From an uncultured Methanoregulaceae archaeon (lineage in GTDB: Archaea > Halobacteriota > Methanomicrobia > Methanomicrobiales > Methanospirillaceae), in NCBI GenBank assembly GCA_963737635.1, contig CAVTTL010000001.1, positions 352,001 to 416,000 of the forward strand: a DNA stretch of 64,000 nt. Reading direction: 5' to 3'. Under the pieces are notes generated by a model that made no database searches, was not told where the DNA came from, and saw nothing but the letters and a program-made list of their open reading frames with translations. Shown here piece by piece: positions 35,045-43,811 of the stretch. Each line of letters begins with the position of its first letter. The first letter of the stretch is position 1. The translations under genes were made by a program, and so were the position numbers.

Positions 35045-35118
35045 CGGGCCCGGAGGGATTTGAACCCCCGACCACCTGGTTAAAAGCCAGGCGCTCTACC
35101 GAACTGAGTGACGAACCC
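35045..35118 (-). tRNA. tRNA-Lys(TTT)
   Basis: Anticodon arm CCTGG-CTTTTAA-CCAGG, GGTTCAAATC T loop, acceptor GGGTTCG/CGGGCCC. Confidence 0.92.
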
Positions 35119-35191
35119 CAGGGAATAAGATGTACAGCATTATAACAATGCGAGAAAAATATATAAATGTTATCTCAATGATACACCAAAT

Positions 35192-35839
35192 TCAGTTCTC
35201 CTGCGAAGGCTCAAGTGCTTTTTCCAGCTGATCATTGATCTCCCGCAACCGGAGTTCGGCCCGGTAAATCTTATCTTCAAGATTCCGGATAGCGGCAATA
35301 TCCTCGCTGGACACTTCACGCCCGGCAACGTTCATTCCACTCGATGCCCGCAAGACCACAAGAAGATTCCGGTCTACCTCTGTGTTTTTGCGGAGCGCGG
35401 CATATTCATCGACTATTGCCATGTCGATGCCTTTGTTCTGTGCAGTAAGCTTTTCCAAGGACAATTCGTTCCTACGGGAAAATATCTGTTGGATTGAGTC
35501 CAGAAGCTGCGAGGGTTTCACCGGTTTTGATACGAAATCATCGATATTCATGCTGTGCTCCCGGGCTTCCACGGCGGTGATTTTCTTTGCAGAAAACATT
35601 AGTACGGGGATATCTTTTGTCGCTGGGTTTTCCTTGATCTTTTCCAGCGTCTCCCAGCCATCCATGGGCTCCATCATAATATCAAGAAGAATAAGATCAG
35701 GTTTGACGGTCTTGAGGATATTGAGGCATTCATTTCCTCCGTTAGCAGTGAGAGGAGTATGACCCTTACGTGAAAGAATAGCCACGAGTCCCTCAAGGAT
35801 AAATGGACTGTCGTCGACGATCAGAATAGTAGCGTCCAT
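35192..35839 (-). CDS. Response regulator (REC + helical C-terminal domain)
   Basis: ILIVDDS, LLDIMMEPMDGW, FVSKP. Confidence 0.9.
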   Translation of the reverse strand: MDATILIVDDSPFILEGLVAILSRKGHTPLTANGGNECLNILKTVKPDLILLDIMMEPMDGWETLEKIKENPATKDIPVLMFSAKKITAVEAREHSMNIDDFVSKPVKPSQLLDSIQQIFSRRNELSLEKLTAQNKGIDMAIVDEYAALRKNTEVDRNLLVVLRASSGMNVAGREVSSEDIAAIRNLEDKIYRAELRLREINDQLEKALEPSQEN

Positions 35840-35983
35840 GTGGGATCTCCATTATTCAAAGATAAACAGGTAGAGTACATAATTAGCTTGAAGACGCGGG
35901 CACGATCACCGCATCTTTATTAATACACAAGTAAGCTATTCAAATGTTTATTTTAGCGCACACGTATTTACAAAAATGAATCA

Positions 35984-36613
35984 TTATTGAATTTTCCCGG
36001 CAAGTTCCCCTTTAATCTGCTGGAGCCGGGTTTCCTGAAACCTGATATTTGTATCCATGTTTTTCAGCGCCCTTGAAATATCATCACTTATGCGAACTTT
36101 CGAATCATTGAAATTGTAGGTGGTTTCAAGGATCTTCATCAGGCGCTTGTTGATATCAATGCTCTTTGAGAGTAAGGCGTATTCGTTGACAATGTCAAAA
36201 CCAACTCCCGATTGCCGGGCCCGATCCATATCAGATCGAAGAGTCTGTCGCCGGCCGAGTACGTGCTCGATCGCATCATAAAGTTCCCTATGGGTGATAG
36301 GTTTGAGCACATAATCTTCGATAAAGATACCATACTCCTCAGCCTCAGCAGGAGTCAGCTGTTTTGCGGTGAGCATAAGTACCGGGACATCTTTTGTCGC
36401 CGGATTTTCCTTGATCTTTTCCAGCGTCTCCCAGCCATCCATTGGCTCCATCATAATATCAAGAAGAATAAGATCCGGAGTTACCGTTTTTAGGATTTCC
36501 AGACATTCTTCACCACCATGTGCAGCAACTGTCCGATATCCCCCTCGTTCGAGCATCGTGACAAATACATCGACAATGAAGGGACTGTCATCCACTACGA
36601 GAATTGTATACAT
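35984..36613 (-). CDS. Response regulator (REC + helical C-terminal domain), paralog of 35192..35839
   Basis: ILVVDDS, LLDIMMEPMDGW, YVLKP. Confidence 0.9.
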   Translation of the reverse strand: MYTILVVDDSPFIVDVFVTMLERGGYRTVAAHGGEECLEILKTVTPDLILLDIMMEPMDGWETLEKIKENPATKDVPVLMLTAKQLTPAEAEEYGIFIEDYVLKPITHRELYDAIEHVLGRRQTLRSDMDRARQSGVGFDIVNEYALLSKSIDINKRLMKILETTYNFNDSKVRISDDISRALKNMDTNIRFQETRLQQIKGELAGKIQ

Positions 36614-36973
36614 TTACATCACCCTCCCTATCTCCGCAGCTACGATACTGATTCGAGAACAAGCTTCTTCCTGCTTTGCATCACTTTTGAGAAGTGCGGC
36701 GACAAGAAAATGTTCCCCGGCTCCCGTAACAAGGATGGATGAATCCGCCGAAAGGATCGATACTGTCGCAAGTGATTTCATTCCGATAAGAGTTCCCGCG
36801 GATTCCGCGGATGCAAGAATAGTTGCAGCCAGTGCACCAAACCATGGTTCATTTAGTTCACGGTCAAAATATTTTCCGGCAATTATGCCATCACGTGAGA
36901 CAATGGCGCATGCAGTCACCCCATCGATTACCCGTATTTTTTCTATAAATGCTGCAATTTTATCCTTTAACAT
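36614..36973 (-). CDS. Roadblock/LC7 domain protein
   Basis: IDGVTACAIVSRDGIIAG...GALAATILASAE; stop abuts the regulator ATG. Confidence 0.88.
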   Translation of the reverse strand: MLKDKIAAFIEKIRVIDGVTACAIVSRDGIIAGKYFDRELNEPWFGALAATILASAESAGTLIGMKSLATVSILSADSSILVTGAGEHFLVAALLKSDAKQEEACSRISIVAAEIGRVM

Positions 36974-37351
36974 GCCCAATGCTCCTATGGTGAACTACCC
37001 GCTGTAATTCATAATATCAGATGACAACATATATACATATCTTTTTTTTTTCTGACTCATTTCTTCAATTACATAGAAGTTACCAGGTGCCCGAATATCC
37101 TGAAAGATTTGTTTTATTTTTGTCCGAAAACGGAGAGAGGCTGAGCCTTCAAGTAAGATAGCGCGTACCACAATTTACATTTATCCGGGTTGATAAAGGG
37201 ATATTCGGTTATAGAAAACATGGCAAAAACTGTACTTGCCCGATAGGATAAATAAATTGCATTTCGTTGCAAGAAAGCTCAAGGAATGGGCAATATATAT
37301 GATCGGGGACCGATTGAATACCCGAGATATCTGAAAGCCGGGAAGATGAAT

Positions 37352-37554
37352 ATGGCGTTCGAAAATGATGTGGTTGTTTTATTCGGCGTAGTGATTGTTA
37401 CTTAGCAGTTTATCATGTATCTGATGTATGTCCACATCCGGCAGCTTCCAACCGAGATCAATGCAATCTAAGGAAAGGAAAGATGAAGATTGCTGATACC
37501 GATCCTGATGGCCTGATCCAAAAAGTTGAGGAATTTAACCACATCAGCCTCTAG
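37352..37554 (+). pseudogene. Degenerate small membrane-protein gene
   Basis: MAFENDVVVLFGVVIVT*QFIMYLMYVHIRQLPTEINAI*G then, in another frame, KMKIADTDPDGLIQKVEEFNHISL*; TM + coiled-coil look, interrupted by stops. Confidence 0.45.
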
Positions 37555-37639
37555 ATTCAGCCGATCTCGCTTCTTGTGCATGAAATCGTTTTTCTGGATA
37601 ACAAGATACATATGGAATATGAGCGAATAGTAAGACCGC

Positions 37640-37713
37640 GGGGCCATAGGGTAGCCTGGCCATCCTAGGAGACTGGGGGTCTTCTGACTCGCGTTCAAAT
37701 CGCGATGGCCCCA
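37640..37713 (+). tRNA. tRNA-Pro(GGG)
   Basis: Acceptor GGGGCCA/TGGCCCC, anticodon arm GGAGA-CTGGGGG-TCTTC, TCGCG-TTCAAAT-CGCGA. Confidence 0.95.
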
Positions 37714-37742
37714 TCCGATCGTTGTTTTTGTGGCGTGTTACC

Positions 37743-38597
37743 GTGAAGATTACGGATTTATGCAGCGATTGCCTGATCTCCCGGGTTCAGCTCGAATGCG
37801 GGATAGTCGGGGCAGATCCCTTAAAAACACAGCAGGTCATGGATTCCTGCACCAAACTCCTTTTTTCCCTGAAGAACACTTCATTAAGCCATCCCCAGAT
37901 TGCAAGCCGCGTTCATCGCCAGGCCTACGAAATGCTTAATAGTCCCGATCCGTTCCAAACCCTGAAACGGCAGGGAAATACAGAAGCGGCAAAAGTTTGC
38001 AGGGAGGTTCGCACCGGCCTATCCAGCTTCCGGGACTATGTGCTTGCATCTGTTATCGGGAATACCTTTGATTATGGCGTCAAAGGGCATGCGGTGACAA
38101 GCAATTTTTCTTGCTTTTTCAAGCAAGAGTTCGGGAAAGGACTGGTGATCGACGATACCGAACGTATCCTCCCAAAGAGTTCACGGGTCGTCTATCTGAG
38201 TGACAATTGTGGTGAGATCGTTTTCGATCGCCTCCTTATCCAGTACCTGAAATCCCGGGGTTCTCATGTAACACTCGCGGTCAAAGAACAGCCGGTGCTC
38301 AATGATGCAACTCTCGAAGATGCCAAAATGCTTGGTCTGGACCATATTGTCGACTGCCTTACGACAAACTGCGAGGGTGGTGAGATCGGGCTCTGCCTGG
38401 AAGAAGCAACACCCGCCCTTTCCGATGCCATTTCGCGGTGTACCCTGATAATAGCAAAAGGGATGGCGAATTTTGAATCTCTCTTCGAACGAACAGATCT
38501 CCCCCCGGTGGCGTACCTGATGGCAGCAAAATGCCAACCGGTGGCAAATGAGGCAGGGGTCCCTCGCGGGTCCAAGATCGCACTGCTCCGTGAATAA
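37743..38597 (+). CDS. DUF89/ARMT1-like damage-control phosphatase
   Basis: CSDC, GNTFDYG, DNCGEIVFD, LNDAT, KGMANFE. Confidence 0.9.
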   Translation: MKITDLCSDCLISRVQLECGIVGADPLKTQQVMDSCTKLLFSLKNTSLSHPQIASRVHRQAYEMLNSPDPFQTLKRQGNTEAAKVCREVRTGLSSFRDYVLASVIGNTFDYGVKGHAVTSNFSCFFKQEFGKGLVIDDTERILPKSSRVVYLSDNCGEIVFDRLLIQYLKSRGSHVTLAVKEQPVLNDATLEDAKMLGLDHIVDCLTTNCEGGEIGLCLEEATPALSDAISRCTLIIAKGMANFESLFERTDLPPVAYLMAAKCQPVANEAGVPRGSKIALLRE

Positions 38598-38809
38598 ATA
38601 TTACAGGAAATTACCTGAACAGCCTGATTTCGCATGATAGTTCATGGGCTATTATTCGTAACGTTTGTCTCACGGGGATAACTCAAATGTAGATATTGAG
38701 ACAGAAGAAATTGTTCTTGTTATATTTTAAGTTTCAATCAATGACTCCATACAAAATATCATTATATCCTCCAGTAGTATGCACATACCAATAACATTTG
38801 AGGATTATT

Positions 38810-39853
38810 ATGACCGGCGTAATTGGGGTGATGACCGGCGGCGGAGATTGTCCTGGTCTCAATGCTGCTATACGGGCAGTTGTGCGTAGCGGGATCGCAA
38901 AAAAATATCAAGTTATCGGAATCCTAAACGGGTGGCAAGGCCTCATCGAAAACGATACCATCCCTCTTACAGATCATTCCGTATCCGGGATAATCTCAAG
39001 AGGAGGAACGATCCTGGGAACCTCCCGGACAGACCCAATGAAAAAACCTGATGATATCAGAACAATTAAACATGTCCTTAAAACGCTTAGTATTGAGGGA
39101 TTGGTTGTAATTGGCGGTGACGGCACCCTCCGCGCAGCATATGAGGTGACCAAACAGGGTATTCCGCTGGTTGGTATACCTAAGACTATCGACAACGATG
39201 TTTTCGGCACTGATGTCACCATTGGATTTGATACAGCGGTCTTCATTGTTACCGAAGCAATAGACCGGCTCCATACAACAGCAGAATCTCACCACCGGAT
39301 TATGGTGATTGAAGTAATGGGACGCAAATCCGGCCTCATTGCACTAGCAGCCGGCATGGCCAGTGGTGCAGATCAAATCCTGGTGCCGGAAGTGAGAGTA
39401 TCGATGGACGAGATCTGCCAGTCGCTTAATGCACGGTATCGGGCCGGAAAAAAATTCTCGATCGTCGTTGTGGCAGAAGGGACAAGCCACGAGGATATTG
39501 CCGGCACAATAGTACCTGAATCCGACCGGGATGAATGCGGACACGAAAAATTTGTTGGTATCGGAAACTTCCTCGGAAAAGAACTGGAACGCAGGCTCGG
39601 GATCGAGACGCGGGTGACAATACTCGGCCACGTTCAGCGTGGCGGGAGCCCGACAGCACAGGATCGGATCCTCGCTACCCGCCTTGGGATTGCGGCCGTT
39701 AACCAGATTCAAGCCAAAAACTTCGGTTGCATGGTCGGTTCCCAGGGAGGCCGGATCGTACCTGTGCCTCTCGAGGAAGTGATTAAACGGTCCAAAGGGA
39801 TCGATCCTGATGAGTATGCACACGCAAAGATGGTTGCCGGGCTCCACGATTAG
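38810..39853 (+). CDS. pfkA: PfkA-family 6-phosphofructokinase (probably ATP-dependent)
   Basis: TGGGDCPGLN, GGDGT, PKTIDND, EVMGR, LGHVQRGG. Confidence 0.93.
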   Translation: MTGVIGVMTGGGDCPGLNAAIRAVVRSGIAKKYQVIGILNGWQGLIENDTIPLTDHSVSGIISRGGTILGTSRTDPMKKPDDIRTIKHVLKTLSIEGLVVIGGDGTLRAAYEVTKQGIPLVGIPKTIDNDVFGTDVTIGFDTAVFIVTEAIDRLHTTAESHHRIMVIEVMGRKSGLIALAAGMASGADQILVPEVRVSMDEICQSLNARYRAGKKFSIVVVAEGTSHEDIAGTIVPESDRDECGHEKFVGIGNFLGKELERRLGIETRVTILGHVQRGGSPTAQDRILATRLGIAAVNQIQAKNFGCMVGSQGGRIVPVPLEEVIKRSKGIDPDEYAHAKMVAGLHD

Positions 39854-39912
39854 AAGGAGAGGTTGATATATCTTTTAAGTAGTGAGTGAAAACGAAAAAA
39901 TCTTGACTCCAC

Positions 39913-41208
39913 TCACATATGCAGCAGGTAAGGCAGCAATATAATGGAGATCAGGACTACGACCATCACATAGCTGATCGCTCCGACCACATATCCGGAA
40001 TATTTTGCAAGACCGCGCCGGTCGAGCAGCCGGTCGACGCCTTCTTTAAGAATATAGCCGCCGTCAAGAGGGATCATGGGTATGGCATTGAAAAGTCCTA
40101 CGTTGATATTGATCCATGCACACCAGAAGAGTAGATGAATCATATCCCAGAACCCGGTAAAAGGAACCTGATAATACGCGGTGTCTGGTGAATCGAAGGC
40201 AAGGATACGCAGGTACTGCATCCCGTCACCGCTTGCAAAGGGAACTATCAAAAATTCAAAGAAACCTAATGGGGAGAGCATCGCGCCGACGGCAGATTTC
40301 ACGCTGCTGCCATCGTAGTACTCAACCCCCATAAATCCGCTTGTCTGGTTATTGCCGTATTCCGCAGGCCATGCCGCTAGCGTGAACGTGTACGTGGAGG
40401 CAAGCCCATTTTTTGTGGTTGACAGGATGATCGCTTCTCCAGGCTTCGTTGTATTAAGGAGCCTTGAAACGTCTGCCCGGCTGGAAACCTCCTGACCATT
40501 TATTGCGGTCACAACTGAGCCTTGGGGCACACTTGCATTATAGGCAGGATATTCCTGGTAGAGTCCATGTATTATCGGTTGATTGCCAGGCATTACCATA
40601 CCAAACAGCAGGATTAGCAGCACAAAGCATGAGAATCCCACAACAAGGTTGTTCGTGATTCCGGCTCCGAACATCCGTATTTTGGGCATGCCTTTTTTCT
40701 GTTCAAGCTCCTCTTCATCCGGTTCGACAAAAAAACCGATCGGGATAACGGCGAAGAGGACCCCCATTCCCTTAACCTTGATCTCTTCAACCCGGCAGAG
40801 GATCGCGTGACCGAATTCGTGAATTACGATAGTTAAAAAAAATGCAAACCATACTGCAAATGTTGACGGTACATAGTTGTTGATTCCCGGCAAGAGAAGG
40901 ATATTTTGCGGCGAGTAAATCCCTGTCGGTTCCGGTTTGACTGCGAGCGTATATTGAACTGATAAAAACAGCATGACCGTCATGAAAACAGAGACGATCA
41001 CTACTGCGATTACGCCGATTGTGCCATAGATCTTAAAAAATGTCCGTAATGCCGTGAATTTATCAAAGAATTTGACCCGGTTTGTCTTGATCGCCATGAT
41101 TGGACCGTAGAAGACAATATGGTCGGGCCAAAGTTTTCTTTTATAGATATAATATGCAACGACGGCATAGACTGCCACGAGAGGGATCAGAGTAAAAAGC
41201 CAGTCCAT
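39913..41208 (-). CDS. Site-2 protease (M50) with PDZ insert
   Basis: HEFGH and NAIPMIPLDGG motifs; PDZ-like VTAING segment. Confidence 0.93.
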   Translation of the reverse strand: MDWLFTLIPLVAVYAVVAYYIYKRKLWPDHIVFYGPIMAIKTNRVKFFDKFTALRTFFKIYGTIGVIAVVIVSVFMTVMLFLSVQYTLAVKPEPTGIYSPQNILLLPGINNYVPSTFAVWFAFFLTIVIHEFGHAILCRVEEIKVKGMGVLFAVIPIGFFVEPDEEELEQKKGMPKIRMFGAGITNNLVVGFSCFVLLILLFGMVMPGNQPIIHGLYQEYPAYNASVPQGSVVTAINGQEVSSRADVSRLLNTTKPGEAIILSTTKNGLASTYTFTLAAWPAEYGNNQTSGFMGVEYYDGSSVKSAVGAMLSPLGFFEFLIVPFASGDGMQYLRILAFDSPDTAYYQVPFTGFWDMIHLLFWCAWININVGLFNAIPMIPLDGGYILKEGVDRLLDRRGLAKYSGYVVGAISYVMVVVLISIILLPYLLHM

Positions 41209-41280
41209 CTGTACTTCATGGACTGGATAAACACATTAAAGCAATGGTGGAAACACAGACTAAAAATTGTGCAATCGCTG

Positions 41281-41943
41281 CTAAATAAATGCTGCAAGGC
41301 TGCTCTGAGATTTTTTTGCAAGCATCATACTTACCGTTTTCCAGCTTTTACGGGAGATGGGCGGAGGTGACCCGTGCTCGTCAATATACGCAGAGAGATA
41401 GGCAATAGTGTACGGGTCTGAAGGATAGCCACTGCCAATTTCACCATATTTTTTTGCGAGTTTTGCAATTTCCTTGTCGCGTATAACTTTCGCAACAATA
41501 CTTGCCGCCGATACAACCGGGTATGTACTGTCAGCATGGTGTTCTGACACAATCTTGCAGGTGATACCCAGATAGCTTCTTACCGTTTCCGCATATCGGA
41601 TCGGGTTCACATCACACGCATCGACATATGCAGTCCGGGGGACGAGTTTTTGGATAACCTCTGCATGTGTCCGGGCGACGCAGGTATTCATGGTCATCTC
41701 TCTCCGGATAACATCGATCTCATTCGCAGAGATCACAACTGTAGCAACCCTGAACCTTTTCTTAATGAGAATAAATAATCGTTCCCTCTCGTGTGGCGCA
41801 AGTTGTTTTGAATCTTTGAAACCCAGATCAGATAAGACATCTGCGGATCGGACGCCGACCGCAGCGACCACCATCGGCCCGAGCACCGAACCTTTTCCGG
41901 CTTCATCGACTCCGCAGATCACAGGATAAAGATTTATATCCAA
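41281..41943 (-). CDS. rnhB: Ribonuclease HII
   Basis: GVDEAGKG, KDSKQL, SAASIVAK, GSGYPSD, C-term PIP-box-like QSSLAAF. Confidence 0.96.
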   Translation of the reverse strand: MDINLYPVICGVDEAGKGSVLGPMVVAAVGVRSADVLSDLGFKDSKQLAPHERERLFILIKKRFRVATVVISANEIDVIRREMTMNTCVARTHAEVIQKLVPRTAYVDACDVNPIRYAETVRSYLGITCKIVSEHHADSTYPVVSAASIVAKVIRDKEIAKLAKKYGEIGSGYPSDPYTIAYLSAYIDEHGSPPPISRKSWKTVSMMLAKKSQSSLAAFI

Positions 41944-42073
41944 ATTATTTCAATGGCGAGGATTATAACCTGAACTCATGGATTTTGTTCCATAGAGTGA
42001 GACGGTGATTAATACGGTCTCGCGCGCAAAGCGGCAAAAGGCGATTTTGCAGATCCCCGAAGGTGTAAAAAAA

Positions 42074-43270
42074 TTAGCGGATTGAGGCGGCAAGCGCCCC
42101 CAGCTCCACAAGAAGTTTTGGATTTACTTTCAATAACTCTTTTATCAACGTGAGCGTGGAAAACTCTCTGATATCCAGCTTCGAAACTGAGTGGATAATG
42201 GCATTGAGTTTCTCATCAGGCTGCTTGATCAGGTATTCCTTGATGTGGTAGTTGCGTTCGATGCTCTTTCCCATCTTTGAATCTCGCCATTCCCTGTCGT
42301 AAGCCATCAGCGCTTTCTTTGAAAGATCACCTTTTGCTATGCAATCAGCCGCGACTTCTGCTGCAAGCTTGCCGGTGAACATCGCATTATAGATACCACC
42401 ACCTGTTAACGGGTCCACTACACGCGCTGCATCGCCAACCAGCATCAGGTTATCTGCAACTGTGCATTCAAGCGGCCGACAGACTGAGACCCCGCCAACA
42501 ATACATTCTATCGTTTTGCCATGAGGAAATTTCTGTTTCACGAACCGGTCAAGGTAGTCTTTTGCCCGGTGCCCATTACCGCTCTTCTTTCCGGAAATTC
42601 CAATACCCACATTTGCGGCTCGTTTTCCCTTGGGAAAAACCCAGAGGTACCCTTCGGGAGCGATGTCATTACCGAGGTAGAATATCGTAGCATGCGGATT
42701 GATGTCGATATCGGTCATCACATATTGTACCGAACTCATAATCTCGCGGACCGGGACGGTCGTATCGATACCACACCACTTGCCAAACTTTGATTCAACC
42801 CCATCAGCTGCAATGACCACTTCGGCCATAACATTATTGACATTGCCGCAGTACTCGAGCCGCGCGCCCTTGAGACAACCGTCATGAATCACCGGCGCGG
42901 ATGCACGGGTCTTGACAAAAACGTCGGCCCCGGCATCTGCAGCCTGCCAGACAAGTTCCCGATCAAAGACCTTGCGGTCAAGGATATATCCTACCTTGCC
43001 TCCGGCTATGGAGGATTCAAGCGTCATCTCAAACCCGTCGGGTGCAACGATGCCTGCCCCGTTCATCTCAGCTGCGATCCAGCGGGGATCGGGATCGATG
43101 AATTCAGCAAGAGCCTCCTTACCTATCCCCTCTGCACAGCGAACCGGAGCTCCGATCGCCGGACGCTTTTCGACAAGACACACAGAGAGCCCTTTCTCTG
43201 CTGCAGTCCGGGCAGCCAGCGCGCCGGCGGGACCGCCGCCAATGACAAGAACTTCATATTTACTTTTCAT
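42074..43270 (-). CDS. Digeranylgeranylglycerophospholipid (geranylgeranyl) reductase
   Basis: GGGPAG FAD motif, [31 protein letters not shown]. Confidence 0.92.
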   Translation of the reverse strand: MKSKYEVLVIGGGPAGALAARTAAEKGLSVCLVEKRPAIGAPVRCAEGIGKEALAEFIDPDPRWIAAEMNGAGIVAPDGFEMTLESSIAGGKVGYILDRKVFDRELVWQAADAGADVFVKTRASAPVIHDGCLKGARLEYCGNVNNVMAEVVIAADGVESKFGKWCGIDTTVPVREIMSSVQYVMTDIDINPHATIFYLGNDIAPEGYLWVFPKGKRAANVGIGISGKKSGNGHRAKDYLDRFVKQKFPHGKTIECIVGGVSVCRPLECTVADNLMLVGDAARVVDPLTGGGIYNAMFTGKLAAEVAADCIAKGDLSKKALMAYDREWRDSKMGKSIERNYHIKEYLIKQPDEKLNAIIHSVSKLDIREFSTLTLIKELLKVNPKLLVELGALAASIR

Positions 43271-43436
43271 GCACGACCTCAAGCGCACCAAGCGGACAAA
43301 CCTTGGCACAGACACCACAGCTGTTACAGTTCTCTTCAACAGAAAGGTATGCGTCGATCAGTTCAAGCGCACCTTCGGGGCAGACTGACACACAGCATCC
43401 GCAATACCCGCAAATATCCCGGTGTACGTTAAGCAT
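43260..43436 (-). CDS. 2[4Fe-4S] ferredoxin (58 aa, below the ORF-track cutoff)
   Basis: [22 protein letters not shown]...[23 protein letters not shown]; overlaps the reductase start. Confidence 0.92.
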   Translation of the reverse strand: MLNVHRDICGYCGCCVSVCPEGALELIDAYLSVEENCNSCGVCAKVCPLGALEVVHEK

Positions 43437-43706
43437 TCCGGAGATATGTTGGAGGCCGGTTTCATTAATCTTTACGGATGTTTCGTACGGAGACGAACCG
43501 GTCGTTTAGACCACCCACTTGTTCTGTATTCTATAAATGAGGTGAAACGTGGCGTGTGCAAACAGAAAGATAAAAGTGATCAAACTTTATGTGGAAGAAG
43601 AGAGAATATTTCTTTCACTGATAATATGAAATTAAATCATATTTTCACGCGTTTCTTTTAAGGAATAATTTTTATTTTTCTTTTAGACAAAAATAAATAC
43701 TTTTAC

Positions 43707-43724
43707 TAGGAAATAATCTTCCTA
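43707..43724. promoter_or_regulatory. NrpR-type nitrogen operator GGAA-N6-TTCC upstream of glnA
   Basis: TAGGAA-ATAATC-TTCCTA matches the established methanogen NrpR operator consensus. Confidence 0.85.
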
Positions 43725-43811
43725 TTGCCTGTAGGTATTTTCATTATTCGGCGAATTCTTGGAGCTTAAAAGCAAGTTTAGAAATACCTGCCGGTATAAA
43801 CAGGTGACTGT

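Noticed and set aside
37400-37410. In-frame TAG as a pyrrolysine codon
   Set aside because: Followed by a TAA and a frameshift; no pyl genes seen and Pyl is not expected in this lineage
35045-37713. Integrated element between tRNA-Lys and tRNA-Pro
   Set aside because: No integrase, no duplicated tRNA 3' end, and the region lies at the 5' side of both tRNAs
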